A stretch of DNA of 41,681 nucleotides from an uncultured Methanosarcinales archaeon (GCA_964434885.1 CAYSWQ010000006.1:1-41681), one strand, 5' to 3'. Numbered from the stretch's first letter, positions 1 to 10,244 are shown. The notes: a model not told the origin generated them from the sequence alone. Program-made: numbers and translations.

Positions 1-443
1 TTAGTATCAACTTTCTCTTCTTCAACTAATTCTACCACCTCATCCTCTTTTTCCGCCGGAGTTACTTCTGCGACTGGCGCCACATAAGGTTCAACACCAA
101 CTTCATCCCCTTCAAACTCTTCCTCTCTCCTCGGTAAACTCATTAAAAAACCAAATACTGAAAAAAACAAAGGTAGTAAAAATAATTTGGTAGTAAAATA
201 CCAAATTAACATTAAATTAGCTAAACTAAACAAAAATACAAAAAATAAAACTCTTTCTCCCCAGCTAGTTCGGTAACCTACAAAACCTATTAGAGATAAT
301 AAGATTAAAAAAACCAAACCCACTAATTCTAATCTAATTATTTTACCACTAAAAGAAAAAATCACAGGAATCATAATCATTAACAAGATTCCAACAATGA
401 TAAGATAAACAAAAAACTTAAACGTGCTTTTTTCTTCTGCCAT
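1..443 (-). CDS. Membrane protein with acidic C-terminal region (partial, runs off window)
   Basis: Not in the ORF track. Manual translation from ATG at 443 gives MAEEKSTFKFFVYLIIVGILLMIMIPVIF..., about 4 hydrophobic segments, then a Glu-rich stretch; open to the window edge. Confidence 0.75.
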   Translation of the reverse strand, partial: MAEEKSTFKFFVYLIIVGILLMIMIPVIFSFSGKIIRLELVGLVFLILLSLIGFVGYRTSWGERVLFFVFLFSLANLMLIWYFTTKLFLLPLFFSVFGFLMSLPRREEEFEGDEVGVEPYVAPVAEVTPAEKEDEVVELVEEEKVDT

Positions 444-556
444 AATTATCCAATTAAAAAAACAATATATAAGTATTTCTATTCTATAGTAGATACAAGA
501 GAATTAATTATCATAAATTTATAGGAACACTTAATCAAATAAAAAAAACTACAAAA

Positions 557-874
557 TTAAAACTCTTCTTCAATGTTCTTTAAATAACCTTTTTTCTTTA
601 AAAAATTAACTTCTGCTTTACTTCGATATTTGTAAATCACATCTCCACTTTTGTCTCCCCCTAATTCCCAAGGTTCAACAATCACCACATTACTTTCTCT
701 CACCCACAACCTTCTTCGAAGTCTTCCTGGAATTCGACAAACTCTTTCTTTTCCATCCAGACAACTAACTCTCATTCGACTAGCCCCCAATCTTTGGGTA
801 ACAATTCCTAAAACTTCTTTTCCCTGAGGTAGTCTTACTCTCAATAATGGTTGTTCTGGTGGTGGTTGTGCCAT
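557..874 (-). CDS. eif1a: Translation initiation factor aIF-1A
   Basis: OB-fold motif GIVTQRLGASRMRVSCLDGKERVCRIPGRLRRRLWVRESNVVIVEPWE, typical of eIF1A/aIF-1A. Confidence 0.95.
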   Translation of the reverse strand: MAQPPPEQPLLRVRLPQGKEVLGIVTQRLGASRMRVSCLDGKERVCRIPGRLRRRLWVRESNVVIVEPWELGGDKSGDVIYKYRSKAEVNFLKKKGYLKNIEEEF

Positions 875-1006
875 ATTCTATATCAAAAGGGGTGGCTTTT
901 ATAAAAGTTCCTAAGAATAACATTCCCAAATCAAAATAAAGAAAAAATAGCTTATCCGAAGTAACAACACAAAACATATAAACTACCTCTTAACTCTTTT
1001 TTATCC

Positions 1007-1813
1007 ATGGCAAAAAGGGTGCAATCTCCATCTTCGATTAATACTTTTAAACAATGTCCTAGAAAGTATTATTATCAATACATAGCCAAACTAAAAACTC
1101 TCCCTAGTATTCATTTAGTTAGGGGAAACATTGCTCACTCAGTCTTAGAAGATTTTTATGATATTGATCTTCCTAACCAAGATCAAGATTACAAACAATA
1201 TTTTCAACAAGCAGTTCAAAAATTACTCTTGTTTCATTGGAATAAAGAAAAAGTTAGATTAGATGAACTTAATTTAACTAATGATCAAATTAAGTTTTAT
1301 TTTGAAGAAACTATGATGATGATTATGAATTGGACCAATCATTTTATTGAAGATTTAGAAAAAGAAATGACCCAAGGGAAATCCCTTTTGGATGCTTTTC
1401 AAAAACTAACTCCCATCCGGGAGCTGAAGTATGTTTCTAATGAACATCAAGTACAAGGTTTTATTGACTGCATCCAACATGTAGAGGAAGAAGTACACAT
1501 TATTGATTATAAAACTAATGCTAAATTTGATTTTAAAGACTCCATCAAATTACAATTAGCTATTTATTCTTTACTTTATCATGAAAAACATGGAAAAATT
1601 CCTTCTAAAGTAGGAATCTTCTTTTTAAGACACAAATTAAAAATGATGAAAGTTGATGAAAGTTTATTAGAACTAGCAAAAAAAGAAATTGAATTAGTTC
1701 ACGCTGGCACTTGCTCAGAAAAAATCGAAGACTATCCCAGAAAAACATCCCCTTTATGTAGATGGAGAACTGGACAATGTGATTTCTATTGTGAATGTGA
1801 ACCAAAAAGATAA
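1007..1813 (+). CDS. PD-(D/E)XK RecB/AddB/Cas4-like nuclease with predicted Fe-S cluster
   Basis: SPSSINTFKQCPRKY, GNIAHSVLE, GFIDC...IIDYKT, QLAIY and C-terminal CRW...CDFYCEC. Confidence 0.9.
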   Translation: MAKRVQSPSSINTFKQCPRKYYYQYIAKLKTLPSIHLVRGNIAHSVLEDFYDIDLPNQDQDYKQYFQQAVQKLLLFHWNKEKVRLDELNLTNDQIKFYFEETMMMIMNWTNHFIEDLEKEMTQGKSLLDAFQKLTPIRELKYVSNEHQVQGFIDCIQHVEEEVHIIDYKTNAKFDFKDSIKLQLAIYSLLYHEKHGKIPSKVGIFFLRHKLKMMKVDESLLELAKKEIELVHAGTCSEKIEDYPRKTSPLCRWRTGQCDFYCECEPKR

Positions 1814-1838
1814 GAAATAAAAATTAAAAATTAAAAAA

Positions 1839-2357
1839 TCATTCAACAATAACTTTTCCTACTTGAGTTGTTGTTATGGCTTCTACAATAGTACAAGTAT
1901 CTGTTTTATCAAAAGTATACTTGAATGATTCTCCTGATTCCAAAATTGCACTCTTTAAATAATAACAATTCTGAGCTCCTACAATCAAAGCCTTATCAAT
2001 TTTTCCTGTTCGCATATTTTTCCACTCTACAGTTTCTCCTACTTTAACTTTCAACTCTTTCGGATCAAAACCAGAAGCTGTCACTTTAATCACATTACTT
2101 TGAGTTTTAACTTCTTCTTTCGGTTTTTCCGCCACCACTTCTTTTTTCACTTCTTCTACTTTCGATTCTTTCTTAACTTCTACTTTAGCGGGCTCAGTTT
2201 TTGTATCTTCCACCACTACAGCTCCAGAAATAGCAGTTGTAGCTTTCTTCGGTTCCACCACAACAGTCTTATTATTATCAACTTTCTTCTCACTACTACA
2301 TCCCACTACCATCATCAATACTACTAAAATTAACAATACATATCTCATTATTTTCAA
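1839..2357 (-). CDS. Lipoprotein with cupredoxin-like C-terminal domain
   Basis: Signal peptide ending VVGC; GFDPKELKVKVGETVEWKN...GESFKYTF...GKVIVE; Cu ligands not evident. Confidence 0.8.
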   Translation of the reverse strand: MKIMRYVLLILVVLMMVVGCSSEKKVDNNKTVVVEPKKATTAISGAVVVEDTKTEPAKVEVKKESKVEEVKKEVVAEKPKEEVKTQSNVIKVTASGFDPKELKVKVGETVEWKNMRTGKIDKALIVGAQNCYYLKSAILESGESFKYTFDKTDTCTIVEAITTTQVGKVIVE

Positions 2358-3232
2358 CCTCCTTTCAATCCCATATAACTCATTTTGATAATTTCCTTAT
2401 ATAACTCAACATGTTGTAAAACAAAAGTTTCTACTATTGCCCCCAATAACAAGAACGCTAAAGCAAACAACAATAAATATAAATTAAAACTAAAAACTTC
2501 CATAAATCTATCTGATGCAAATTTTTCTAAAATCACATCTTTAGATATTACTGATCCCGATATCGCTGCTAAAAAATAAGATATCGCTTCAATCATCATA
2601 TGAGGAAACACCACCAACATTATTAATCCAAAAAAATAAAAAGGTGTTTTTCCTGCAAACATTCCTGCCCCTTTAGCAGTAATTCCAAAGATTGCTCCCC
2701 ATACTGAAGCATTCCAAGTAATCATGAATATTGCCCCATCTCCAGTTAATAAAGCCATGATAAAACAAGCCATTAACACTAAAAAATTATTACTTAACAA
2801 ACTCCAAAAAAGATTAGAAGAAAAACCAACGGCTTGACCAGAAAAACCTTGACCAAATCTAATCTCTAATTGTTCTCGAAATAATGTGTTAGTTTCCATC
2901 CCTGGCAACAACATTGTAGCTACTGAATAAACTAACAAAATACCTAAAAACAGAAATATATAAAGTCGCACCGTTCCAATATCATCTTTCCACAAATTAC
3001 GTAATGTAACTTTTTGTTCTTTACTTTCCTTTCTTTCTTCTATAGAAAAAATTTTATATAATTCTGGTAATAACAATAATGAAGTAAAAGCTACTGCCAC
3101 TAAAGCAGGATCACCAGGAAACAAAATATAAGCTAAGCCAATCCCCACTATTGAATAAATAATACCCAATAAAAAAGCATATCTACCTTTTTTTTCTAAC
3201 CAATCTTCTGGAAATATATGTTCAAGTACCAT
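2354..3232 (-). CDS. SpoIIM/DUF95-family integral membrane protein
   Basis: Multiple TM helices; LSNNFLV, WNASVWG and FPHMMIEAISY motifs. Confidence 0.8.
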   Translation of the reverse strand: MVLEHIFPEDWLEKKGRYAFLLGIIYSIVGIGLAYILFPGDPALVAVAFTSLLLLPELYKIFSIEERKESKEQKVTLRNLWKDDIGTVRLYIFLFLGILLVYSVATMLLPGMETNTLFREQLEIRFGQGFSGQAVGFSSNLFWSLLSNNFLVLMACFIMALLTGDGAIFMITWNASVWGAIFGITAKGAGMFAGKTPFYFFGLIMLVVFPHMMIEAISYFLAAISGSVISKDVILEKFASDRFMEVFSFNLYLLLFALAFLLLGAIVETFVLQHVELYKEIIKMSYMGLKGG

Positions 3233-3321
3233 TTTTTATCATCCTCTTTTTTTTAATTTTAAAACTATTATTAAAAAGAAAACAAAAATTATTTAAATAA
3301 CTTCCGCCAATATCATATAAA

Positions 3322-3870
3322 ATGGTAGCTACTTGGATATTAATTATAATTGCAATTGTTATAGTTTTATTTATTATCTATATTTATAATAGTCTAATAA
3401 AACTAAGATTAAGAGTTAAAAATGCCTGGTCTCAAATAGATGTCCAGTTAAAAAGAAGATATGATCTTATTCCTAATCTGATTAATACTGTTAAAGGATA
3501 TGCTAAACATGAAGAAAAGGTATTAACCAAAGTAACTGAAATGAGGGCTTCCTTAATGCAAGGTTCTCACCAAGACAGAGTTGAAGCTTCCGATGAATTA
3601 ACTGGTTTATTCAAATCTTTATTTGCAGTAGCTGAAAACTATCCTGATCTAAAAGCAAATCAAAATTTCTTACACTTACAAGAAGAATTATCTGGTACTG
3701 AATCAAAAATTGCTTATGCTAGACAATTCTATAATGATTCCGTAATGAAATTTAATGAAGCCATTCAAGTATTTCCTAAAAACCTGTTTGCTAAACTATT
3801 TGGATTTCACAAGGAAGACTTTTTCCAAACTAAAGGCAAAGAAAGGGAAAATGTTAAAGTTCAATTTTAA
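3322..3870 (+). CDS. lemA: LemA family protein
   Basis: N-terminal TM; NAWSQIDVQLKRRYDLIPNL, AENYPDLKANQNF, ARQFYN. Confidence 0.95.
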   Translation: MVATWILIIIAIVIVLFIIYIYNSLIKLRLRVKNAWSQIDVQLKRRYDLIPNLINTVKGYAKHEEKVLTKVTEMRASLMQGSHQDRVEASDELTGLFKSLFAVAENYPDLKANQNFLHLQEELSGTESKIAYARQFYNDSVMKFNEAIQVFPKNLFAKLFGFHKEDFFQTKGKERENVKVQF

Positions 3871-3878
3871 TTCTTAAA

Positions 3879-4778
3879 ATGGGAATATATGAACAAATTG
3901 CTAGCAATAAAAGAAAATCTTACTTATTAATATTTTTGTTTCTAGTCTTCATTACAGCCCTAGGATATCTGATTGGTTTTTTTTATGGTAGTTCTTATTT
4001 TGGTTTAGGACTTGCATTGGTAATTGGAACTATTTATTTTTTGATTAGTTATTATAGTGGGGCCAATATGATCTTAACTATGACTAAAGCAAAAGAAGCC
4101 AAAAAACCAGAATATAATTATCTCATCAATACAGTAGAAGGTGTAGCTATTGCTGCTGGATTACCTAAACCCCCTAAAGTTTATGTTATTGAAGATTCTG
4201 CTTTGAACGCTTTTGCTACTGGTAGAGATCCAGAACATTCTGCCATTACTGTAACAACTGGTTTAATGGAAAGATTAAATAAATTGGAATTAGAGGGTGT
4301 AATTGCTCATGAAATGGCCCATATTAAAAATTATGATATCCGAGTAATGATGTTAGCAGCAGTTATGGTGGGTTTAACAGTCTTGCTATCAGATTTTTTA
4401 TTAAGAAGTTTTCTTTGGGGAGGCCATGGTAGAGACCGAGACAATAATAACTTAACAGTAATCTTTATTGTTGTTGGAATTGTTTTGGCCATCTTAGCAC
4501 CATTAGTAGGGGAAGCAATAAAACTTGCCATATCTAGAAAAAGAGAGTATTTAGCTGATGCTTCCGGAGCTATGCTTACTAGATATCCAAAAGGTTTAGC
4601 TGATGCCCTAAAAAAAATAAAAGAAGATCCCGACCCTTTAGTAGATCATGCTAACAAAGCTACAGCTCATCTTTTCATCTCCACCCCATTTAGAAAAACT
4701 AAACGAAGTTTTATGAAAAGTATTTTTAGTACGCATCCTGACATTAATAGTAGGATTAAAAGATTAGAATCAATGTAA
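3879..4778 (+). CDS. htpX: Zinc metalloprotease HtpX (M48)
   Basis: NAFATGRDP, GVIAHEMAH, SRKREYLADA, FSTHP; directly follows lemA. Confidence 0.93.
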   Translation: MGIYEQIASNKRKSYLLIFLFLVFITALGYLIGFFYGSSYFGLGLALVIGTIYFLISYYSGANMILTMTKAKEAKKPEYNYLINTVEGVAIAAGLPKPPKVYVIEDSALNAFATGRDPEHSAITVTTGLMERLNKLELEGVIAHEMAHIKNYDIRVMMLAAVMVGLTVLLSDFLLRSFLWGGHGRDRDNNNLTVIFIVVGIVLAILAPLVGEAIKLAISRKREYLADASGAMLTRYPKGLADALKKIKEDPDPLVDHANKATAHLFISTPFRKTKRSFMKSIFSTHPDINSRIKRLESM

Positions 4779-4898
4779 TATGATTAACGATCTAATTACT
4801 CACATAAAATTTATAAAAAGAATCTCATTCAAGTTATAAACCCATGTAGAGTTTAAGTGAAACATGGGAAGTAAAAGTATAGGAGGAAAAGAAAAAAA

Positions 4899-5248
4899 AT
4901 GGAAGGAACCGTGAAGTTTTTTAATAAACTTAAAGGATTTGGGTTTATTAAAGGAGATGACGAAAGAGATTATTTTGTCCACTTTAGTGAAGTGGCAAAA
5001 GGCAAATACTTGGAAGAAGGAGATAGAGTAACCTTTGAAGGTACTGAAGACGAAAAAGGATTGAAAGCAAAAGGCGTAGAAGTTTCAGGTAAAGGAGATG
5101 CTCCTGCGAAGAAACTGAAGCACCTGCTGAAGAAGAAGCTCCAGCCGAAGAACCTGTAGAAGAAGAACAACCTGCAGAAGAACCAGCTGAAGAAACTCCT
5201 GCTGAGGAACCTGAAGCACCTGCTGAAGAAGAAAAGAAAGAAGAATAA
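4899..5248 (+). CDS. csp: Cold-shock domain protein with acidic E/P/A tail; apparent 1-nt frameshift near 5107
   Basis: GTVKFFNKLKGFGFI and DYFVHFS (RNP1/RNP2). The ORF track ends at 5159, but an alternative frame from 5108 reads EETEAPAEEEAPAEEPVEE...KKEE* to TAA at 5246-5248. AGGAGG lies upstream. Confidence 0.85.
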
Positions 5249-5276
5249 GTTTATTCTTAGTTTTTTATTTTTTTTA

Positions 5277-6290
5277 TTATTTTACCTTAATATCAAAACA
5301 ATATCTAGCAATAGCTGGAGAAAACTGACCACATTTAACTTTTCTTAAAATCATTATTTTATTTTTTCCACAAATAGATCGAATCTTATTCGGAAATTCT
5401 TTAAATTCTCTTTCATCTAAAAAAGCATACAAATGAATCATTCCTTTCGATTTAATTTTGTTTAAAGCAACATCTAAAAATTCTTCTCCTGTTTTAGGTA
5501 ATGGCATTAAAATTCGATTAAACTTTTTCTTAATAGTTGGTAATACCTTACGCACATCCCCTACTTTAACTGAAATTTTATCTTCAAACTTATTCAATTT
5601 AATATTTTCTTGAGCAAATTGATGCGCTTGTTCATTAATCTCCACTCCCAAAATAGATTTTACCTGGGAATTTTTTGCCAATACTAAGGGGTATGGTGCA
5701 GCTCCAGAAAACATCACTAAAACTTCTTCTGGTTTTCGAATTAATTTAGCAATTCTTAATCTTTCATTTGCCAATCTAGCTGAAAAATAAGTTTTCTCCA
5801 ATCCTAATTTAATCTTAACCCCATTTTCTAAATGAATTGTTTCTTTACTTCTTTTCCCCGCCAAAATTTTAACTTTCCTCAACCGACAAACCCCAGTATG
5901 CATTTCATCTTTTTTAACCACAGTTTCAATATTTTTATTAACTTTAAGATAAGTTTCAGCAATTAATTTCTCTTTGCTTACTAATTCTTCTGGCATTTCC
6001 AACAACATAATTTTTCCAATTACTTCTTGTGTCTTTGGAACTAAAGCCCATTGTTCTTTAGTTAGTTTTTTCTTCAAAATTTCTTCTACATTCAATTTTT
6101 TCTTCTTAACTGGAAATTTAAAACTAACTTTTTTAACTTCTGCCCCAGGAATTTTTGTTTTACTAACTATTGGAAAATAAATAAGTCCTTTCTCCTTCCT
6201 AGGTAAAAAATTATAATCAAACAAATCATGTTTAACAATAAATTGTTTAACTTCTTGTGCCTTTTCTAATTTCGCAATCGCAGCATACAT
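5277..6290 (-). CDS. trm5: tRNA (guanine37-N1)-methyltransferase, Trm5/Met-10 family
   Basis: HLENGVKIKL, YFSARLANER, MFSGAAPY, GVEIN, RILMPLP. Confidence 0.85.
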   Translation of the reverse strand: MYAAIAKLEKAQEVKQFIVKHDLFDYNFLPRKEKGLIYFPIVSKTKIPGAEVKKVSFKFPVKKKKLNVEEILKKKLTKEQWALVPKTQEVIGKIMLLEMPEELVSKEKLIAETYLKVNKNIETVVKKDEMHTGVCRLRKVKILAGKRSKETIHLENGVKIKLGLEKTYFSARLANERLRIAKLIRKPEEVLVMFSGAAPYPLVLAKNSQVKSILGVEINEQAHQFAQENIKLNKFEDKISVKVGDVRKVLPTIKKKFNRILMPLPKTGEEFLDVALNKIKSKGMIHLYAFLDEREFKEFPNKIRSICGKNKIMILRKVKCGQFSPAIARYCFDIKVK

Positions 6291-6405
6291 AAAAAGAACA
6301 ATAAAAGAAGAGTATAAAAATATTACCTCAAAATAATTAAATTAATATTTTATAACCCTGCAAATTCAACAAATTTTAAATAAAAAGACCCATCTCTAAT
6401 AAAAA

Positions 6406-7302
6406 ATGAAAAAAAGAACCAAAAAGAAACTAGCCAAATATACAGGAAAATCAATTTTATTTCTAATAAAACTAGTTACAGTATATCCTATCCGAGGAAT
6501 TTGGTATGTTTCAAAATTAGGTTATTCTGAAATCAAAGAATTTAAACAAAAAAGAAATAAAGAAAAATTAACCATAATTAACAAAAACACCCCTTCAACA
6601 AACACTCCGAAAATAAAACCAACAATAACCAAACCAAAAAACCAACCAATACTTGAAGCTCAACACGACCCCTTAACAGAATTAAAAAACAAAAAAGGAG
6701 ATTTATCAAAATTTGAAAATAAAATATTTACCAACAAAAGCATGATTGGTATAATTCTTGGAGCTAGAGGTACTGGAAAAAGTGCCATCGGTATGAGATT
6801 GTTAGAAAATTTCAAAACCCAAACCAACAAAAAAATATATGCTTTGGGGTTTAAATCTGAAACCTTACCTAATTGGATTCAAGTAATTAAAGAAATTAAT
6901 GAAATTGAAAATGATTCTGTTTTACTAATTGATGAAGGGGGAATCGAATTCAGCAGCAGAAAATCGATGAGTGGAAGTAACAAATTACTTTCTGAATTAT
7001 TGTTAATCTCCCGACATAAAAACCTCTCTGTCTTAATGATTACTCAATCATCTAGTAATTTAGAAGTTAATGCCATTCGTCAAGCAGATTATTTAATCAT
7101 GAAACCTAGTAGTCTTCTTCAAAAAGATTTTGAAAGAAAAAAAATCAAAGAAATTTACGAATCTGTCAGCCAAGATTTTGAAGACTTAAAGGAGGATCTC
7201 GGCTTAACTTACATCTATGGAAGTAATTATGCTGGTTTTGTTAGCAATTCTCTCCCTTCTTTCTGGGATGAAAATGTAAGTAAAGGTTATGCTGATAAAT
7301 AA
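6406..7302 (+). CDS. Membrane-anchored P-loop NTPase (Zot/HerA-FtsK-like)
   Basis: Walker A GARGTGKS, Walker B LLIDEGG, SRHK, MITQ; hydrophobic N-terminal segment. Confidence 0.75.
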   Translation: MKKRTKKKLAKYTGKSILFLIKLVTVYPIRGIWYVSKLGYSEIKEFKQKRNKEKLTIINKNTPSTNTPKIKPTITKPKNQPILEAQHDPLTELKNKKGDLSKFENKIFTNKSMIGIILGARGTGKSAIGMRLLENFKTQTNKKIYALGFKSETLPNWIQVIKEINEIENDSVLLIDEGGIEFSSRKSMSGSNKLLSELLLISRHKNLSVLMITQSSSNLEVNAIRQADYLIMKPSSLLQKDFERKKIKEIYESVSQDFEDLKEDLGLTYIYGSNYAGFVSNSLPSFWDENVSKGYADK

Positions 7303-7303
7303 A

Positions 7304-8344
7304 CTAAAAAAAACTTCCCAATCCTGTCTGTTTCTGTTTATCTTTCTCTTTCAACAACTTCTGCAATTTAGTTTTAACTCTTTCTTCAGAAAAATCATGT
7401 TCTTTTACTAGAAATTCAATCAAATCTTTCTCCTGCAACTTACCCCATTCCAACACATAATCATCAGTAGTTGGCATCTTCTTAATTATATAAAAAATTT
7501 CTTTCCAGTCTAAATCTGGAAAATGTTCTTTCCATTTTGCTGCCTCAAATACCCCATCAAAATCAGAAAACTCTTTTACTAATTTCAACGCAGTTTTAGG
7601 GCCAATCCCTTTAACTCCCCCCGGATTATAATCTGTTCCAACTAAAATTGCCAAAACAATTAACTGATCAATATCCAAACCAAGAGTATTGAGATTTTCA
7701 GATAAAGATAGTTTTTCTGGCTTAACTATCTGCCAAGCAAATTTACCTGCTCTTTTTTTCTTACCTGCAATTGAAAGATTACGTATCAATAAAGGACATC
7801 CAAAAATCAAAGAATCATAATCTTGTGATACTGAATAATCTACTTCTCCTTTTTTAGTCATATATGCACATTGTGCCTCCCCTTCTGAAGGAGCTTGCAC
7901 AATTGGACAACCCAACAAACCAACTAATTTCTTAGCCTCTTTTACCATTTCTGAAGTCAAAACAGTAGTACGAGATGCAAATTTATACATACTTTCTTTA
8001 TCTCCTATGGCTGCTGCTTCTTTTAATTTTTGCGCTGCCTCTTTCTTAACTGCTGCTCTTTTTTCTTTAGTTTTTTGTTTAAGTTCTGGTGGTTTACCAT
8101 CAAACACAAAAACTAATTTTAATCCAGATTCCATTAACTTGGTTGTTCGATTAAATAATCCAATCAAATGGGAAGTTACTTGACCTTTACTATCTGTTAA
8201 TTGAGAACCATCTCTCGAACGAATAGTAGTCAAAAACTGATACAATAAATTCATAGAATCAACTACTACTTTCTTACCAGCTAAATCTTTAATTGTAATC
8301 TCTTCCTTTACTACTAAATCCTTAAAACTTAAACCCATATTCAA
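7304..8344 (-). CDS. fen: Flap endonuclease 1
   Basis: LYQFLTTIR, FVFDGKPP, APSEGEAQ, SQDYD, GTDYNPGG and C-terminal PIP box QTGLGSFF. Start may be the ATG at 8338. Confidence 0.97.
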   Translation of the reverse strand: MNMGLSFKDLVVKEEITIKDLAGKKVVVDSMNLLYQFLTTIRSRDGSQLTDSKGQVTSHLIGLFNRTTKLMESGLKLVFVFDGKPPELKQKTKEKRAAVKKEAAQKLKEAAAIGDKESMYKFASRTTVLTSEMVKEAKKLVGLLGCPIVQAPSEGEAQCAYMTKKGEVDYSVSQDYDSLIFGCPLLIRNLSIAGKKKRAGKFAWQIVKPEKLSLSENLNTLGLDIDQLIVLAILVGTDYNPGGVKGIGPKTALKLVKEFSDFDGVFEAAKWKEHFPDLDWKEIFYIIKKMPTTDDYVLEWGKLQEKDLIEFLVKEHDFSEERVKTKLQKLLKEKDKQKQTGLGSFF

Positions 8345-8378
8345 TCAATACCCCCAACAATTAAAAAGTTTTTTGGTT

Positions 8379-9569
8379 TTAATCTAGTTTCTTAACCATA
8401 CAATTCTCAAAGGTTCCAGAATCTAACATTTCTTTCGCTTTCTTAGTTAAATCATCAGAATATAAAAATAACAAAGGATATCTTTTAGCTTGTGCTTCCA
8501 TATAAGCAGCCGAAATATCTTTTTCATCACATCTTTTTTTATTTTTAGCCTTACAAAAATAAGTCATCTCCCCCACAACAGAAGGTACTTTTAAAACAAA
8601 ATCCATTTCTGCATTCTTCCGCAAAGTCTCTTTCAATTCAATTTTAATATTCATTTCTTTAAAATAAGCTGCAATTTTTGGGAAAAAAGTATCTGGAACT
8701 CCTTTTCGTTTAGGTTTTAATTTTTCTTTTATTTTCTGTAATAAAGGTTTCTTTGTTTTTTTCTCACTAGTTTTTGGTTTTTCCATCATTTTTTCTACAA
8801 TAGAATCAACCCCTGGTTTATTTTCAACTTCTTTTTTCTCTTCTAACTGAGAAGAATCTTCTACCAAATTATTTTCTTCTTTTACTATTTCTTTTTCAAC
8901 TTCTTTTTTATTCTCAGATACAGGGCTCTCTTCAGAAATAATTTTGTTTTCAGGTTTAATTTCAGCCCCTGGTTTTTTATCCTCACTAACATCTTGTTTT
9001 TCTTCCTCAACTTGTGTTTTAATTTCTTTTTTCTCTTTATCTACTTCTTCTTTTAAACCATCATCATTAAGAGATTCTGCTTTCTCTTCAACTGGAAAGT
9101 CTTTTTCATTTTCAGAATGATTAACTGGTGCTAATTGTTCTTTGATTAAATTAATTGCTTTAGAATCATCAATTAAATACCATTTCCAAAACAATTCTTT
9201 TTGATTATTTACAGTCACATTCAAAGGAATGGAGAAATCTTTTGTTTTCCGCAATGCTACTCGAGTCAATAAATCCAAATCTCTTTCTCTCATTATTTTC
9301 CTTTCTTTTAAAATACTCAAAACTTCTTGATCTTTAGAATTAAATCCTCCCATAAAATTTTGCAATTTCTCTCGATGTTCCATCAAAAAATAAACTGGAG
9401 AACCACCTACTTTCAAATTAGAAACTTTAATTTTCCCTTGATGAGATAATTCTGCTAAATGGGCTGAAGCTAAAAGAATATTAGAATTTATATGTTTAGC
9501 TACTTGTGCTGGCAAAACAGGCCCAGTTGCTTTAATAAAATAAACTATTGAATCTTGATCATTCATCAA
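8379..9569 (-). CDS. Hypothetical protein: wHTH-like N-terminus, charged linker, restriction-endonuclease-like C-terminus
   Basis: GPVLPAQVAKHI...ASAHLAELSHQGKIKVS (HTH-like); E/K-rich middle; EMDF...YFCKAKNKK. Domain calls are inference. Confidence 0.6.
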   Translation of the reverse strand: MMNDQDSIVYFIKATGPVLPAQVAKHINSNILLASAHLAELSHQGKIKVSNLKVGGSPVYFLMEHREKLQNFMGGFNSKDQEVLSILKERKIMRERDLDLLTRVALRKTKDFSIPLNVTVNNQKELFWKWYLIDDSKAINLIKEQLAPVNHSENEKDFPVEEKAESLNDDGLKEEVDKEKKEIKTQVEEEKQDVSEDKKPGAEIKPENKIISEESPVSENKKEVEKEIVKEENNLVEDSSQLEEKKEVENKPGVDSIVEKMMEKPKTSEKKTKKPLLQKIKEKLKPKRKGVPDTFFPKIAAYFKEMNIKIELKETLRKNAEMDFVLKVPSVVGEMTYFCKAKNKKRCDEKDISAAYMEAQAKRYPLLFLYSDDLTKKAKEMLDSGTFENCMVKKLD

Positions 9570-9617
9570 AATCTAAGAATTAATACAATTTAAATAGTTT
9601 TGGGTAGTGTAGAATAT

Positions 9618-10244
9618 TTAAGGTCTAACCCACTTTATTTCATAATAAGTTACATCGTTTTCATCATCAACAATACCCATCAATAATCTCTTCTTAGTAG
9701 AATGAGCCACCCTATTCTTAGCTGAAAATTCATGCCAAGTTAAAGTACTCGCTTCATGAACTGGAAAAACAACCCATTTTGCATGATCTTCTCCTGGTTT
9801 AATTCCTCGGTCATAAACTCGAAAATCAGCACCAAATTTCAAAGCAGTTTTAATGATATATCCTCTATTTCTCATATCCTTGAAAACACAATATCTTACC
9901 CAAAAATTAGGTTCTACTTTCTTAGCTTTTCTTACATAAGATTCGAAAGCAATTTTCCTACCGGCTTCACTTTTCAGCAATAATTTTCCTTTCTCAAATA
10001 AATATAATGCTTCCAGTAAAGATAATTCAACTTTTCCAGATTCATTCATAGTTCCAAATCTGGATTGATTATAAAACTCTCTTGCTTCATCTGTTGATTC
10101 AGTAATAACTTTGGTTTCACTTAAAAAAGCTACAACTGTCTTTTTCTTGCTTTTCTTTTGTTCTGGTTCAGCCAATTTAACTTCTTTTGCTCCAATTTCA
10201 GCCAAAGTCTTTTGAGCTGCTTTATGTTTTGATTTTCTACCCAT
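9618..10244 (-). CDS. endA: tRNA-intron (splicing) endonuclease
   Basis: LSLLEALYL, KTALKFGADFRVY, GEDHA, RVAHSTKKRLL; catalytic Y/H/K present. Confidence 0.95.
   Translation of the reverse strand: MGRKSKHKAAQKTLAEIGAKEVKLAEPEQKKSKKKTVVAFLSETKVITESTDEAREFYNQSRFGTMNESGKVELSLLEALYLFEKGKLLLKSEAGRKIAFESYVRKAKKVEPNFWVRYCVFKDMRNRGYIIKTALKFGADFRVYDRGIKPGEDHAKWVVFPVHEASTLTWHEFSAKNRVAHSTKKRLLMGIVDDENDVTYYEIKWVRP

Noticed and set aside
1007..1813. Cas4-like nuclease as evidence of a CRISPR-Cas locus
   Set aside because: No cas1/cas2, effector genes or repeat-spacer array in the window; solo nucleases of this type are common in archaea.
5100..5248. GAAGAACCTGCT-like tandem repeats as a CRISPR or DNA repeat (also 41540-41681)
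   Set aside because: Degenerate at third codon positions; they encode E/P/A-rich peptide tails.
6406..7302. Integrated provirus around the Zot-like ATPase
   Set aside because: Flanked directly by trm5 and fen; no integrase, Rep, capsid-like ORFs or att repeats seen.
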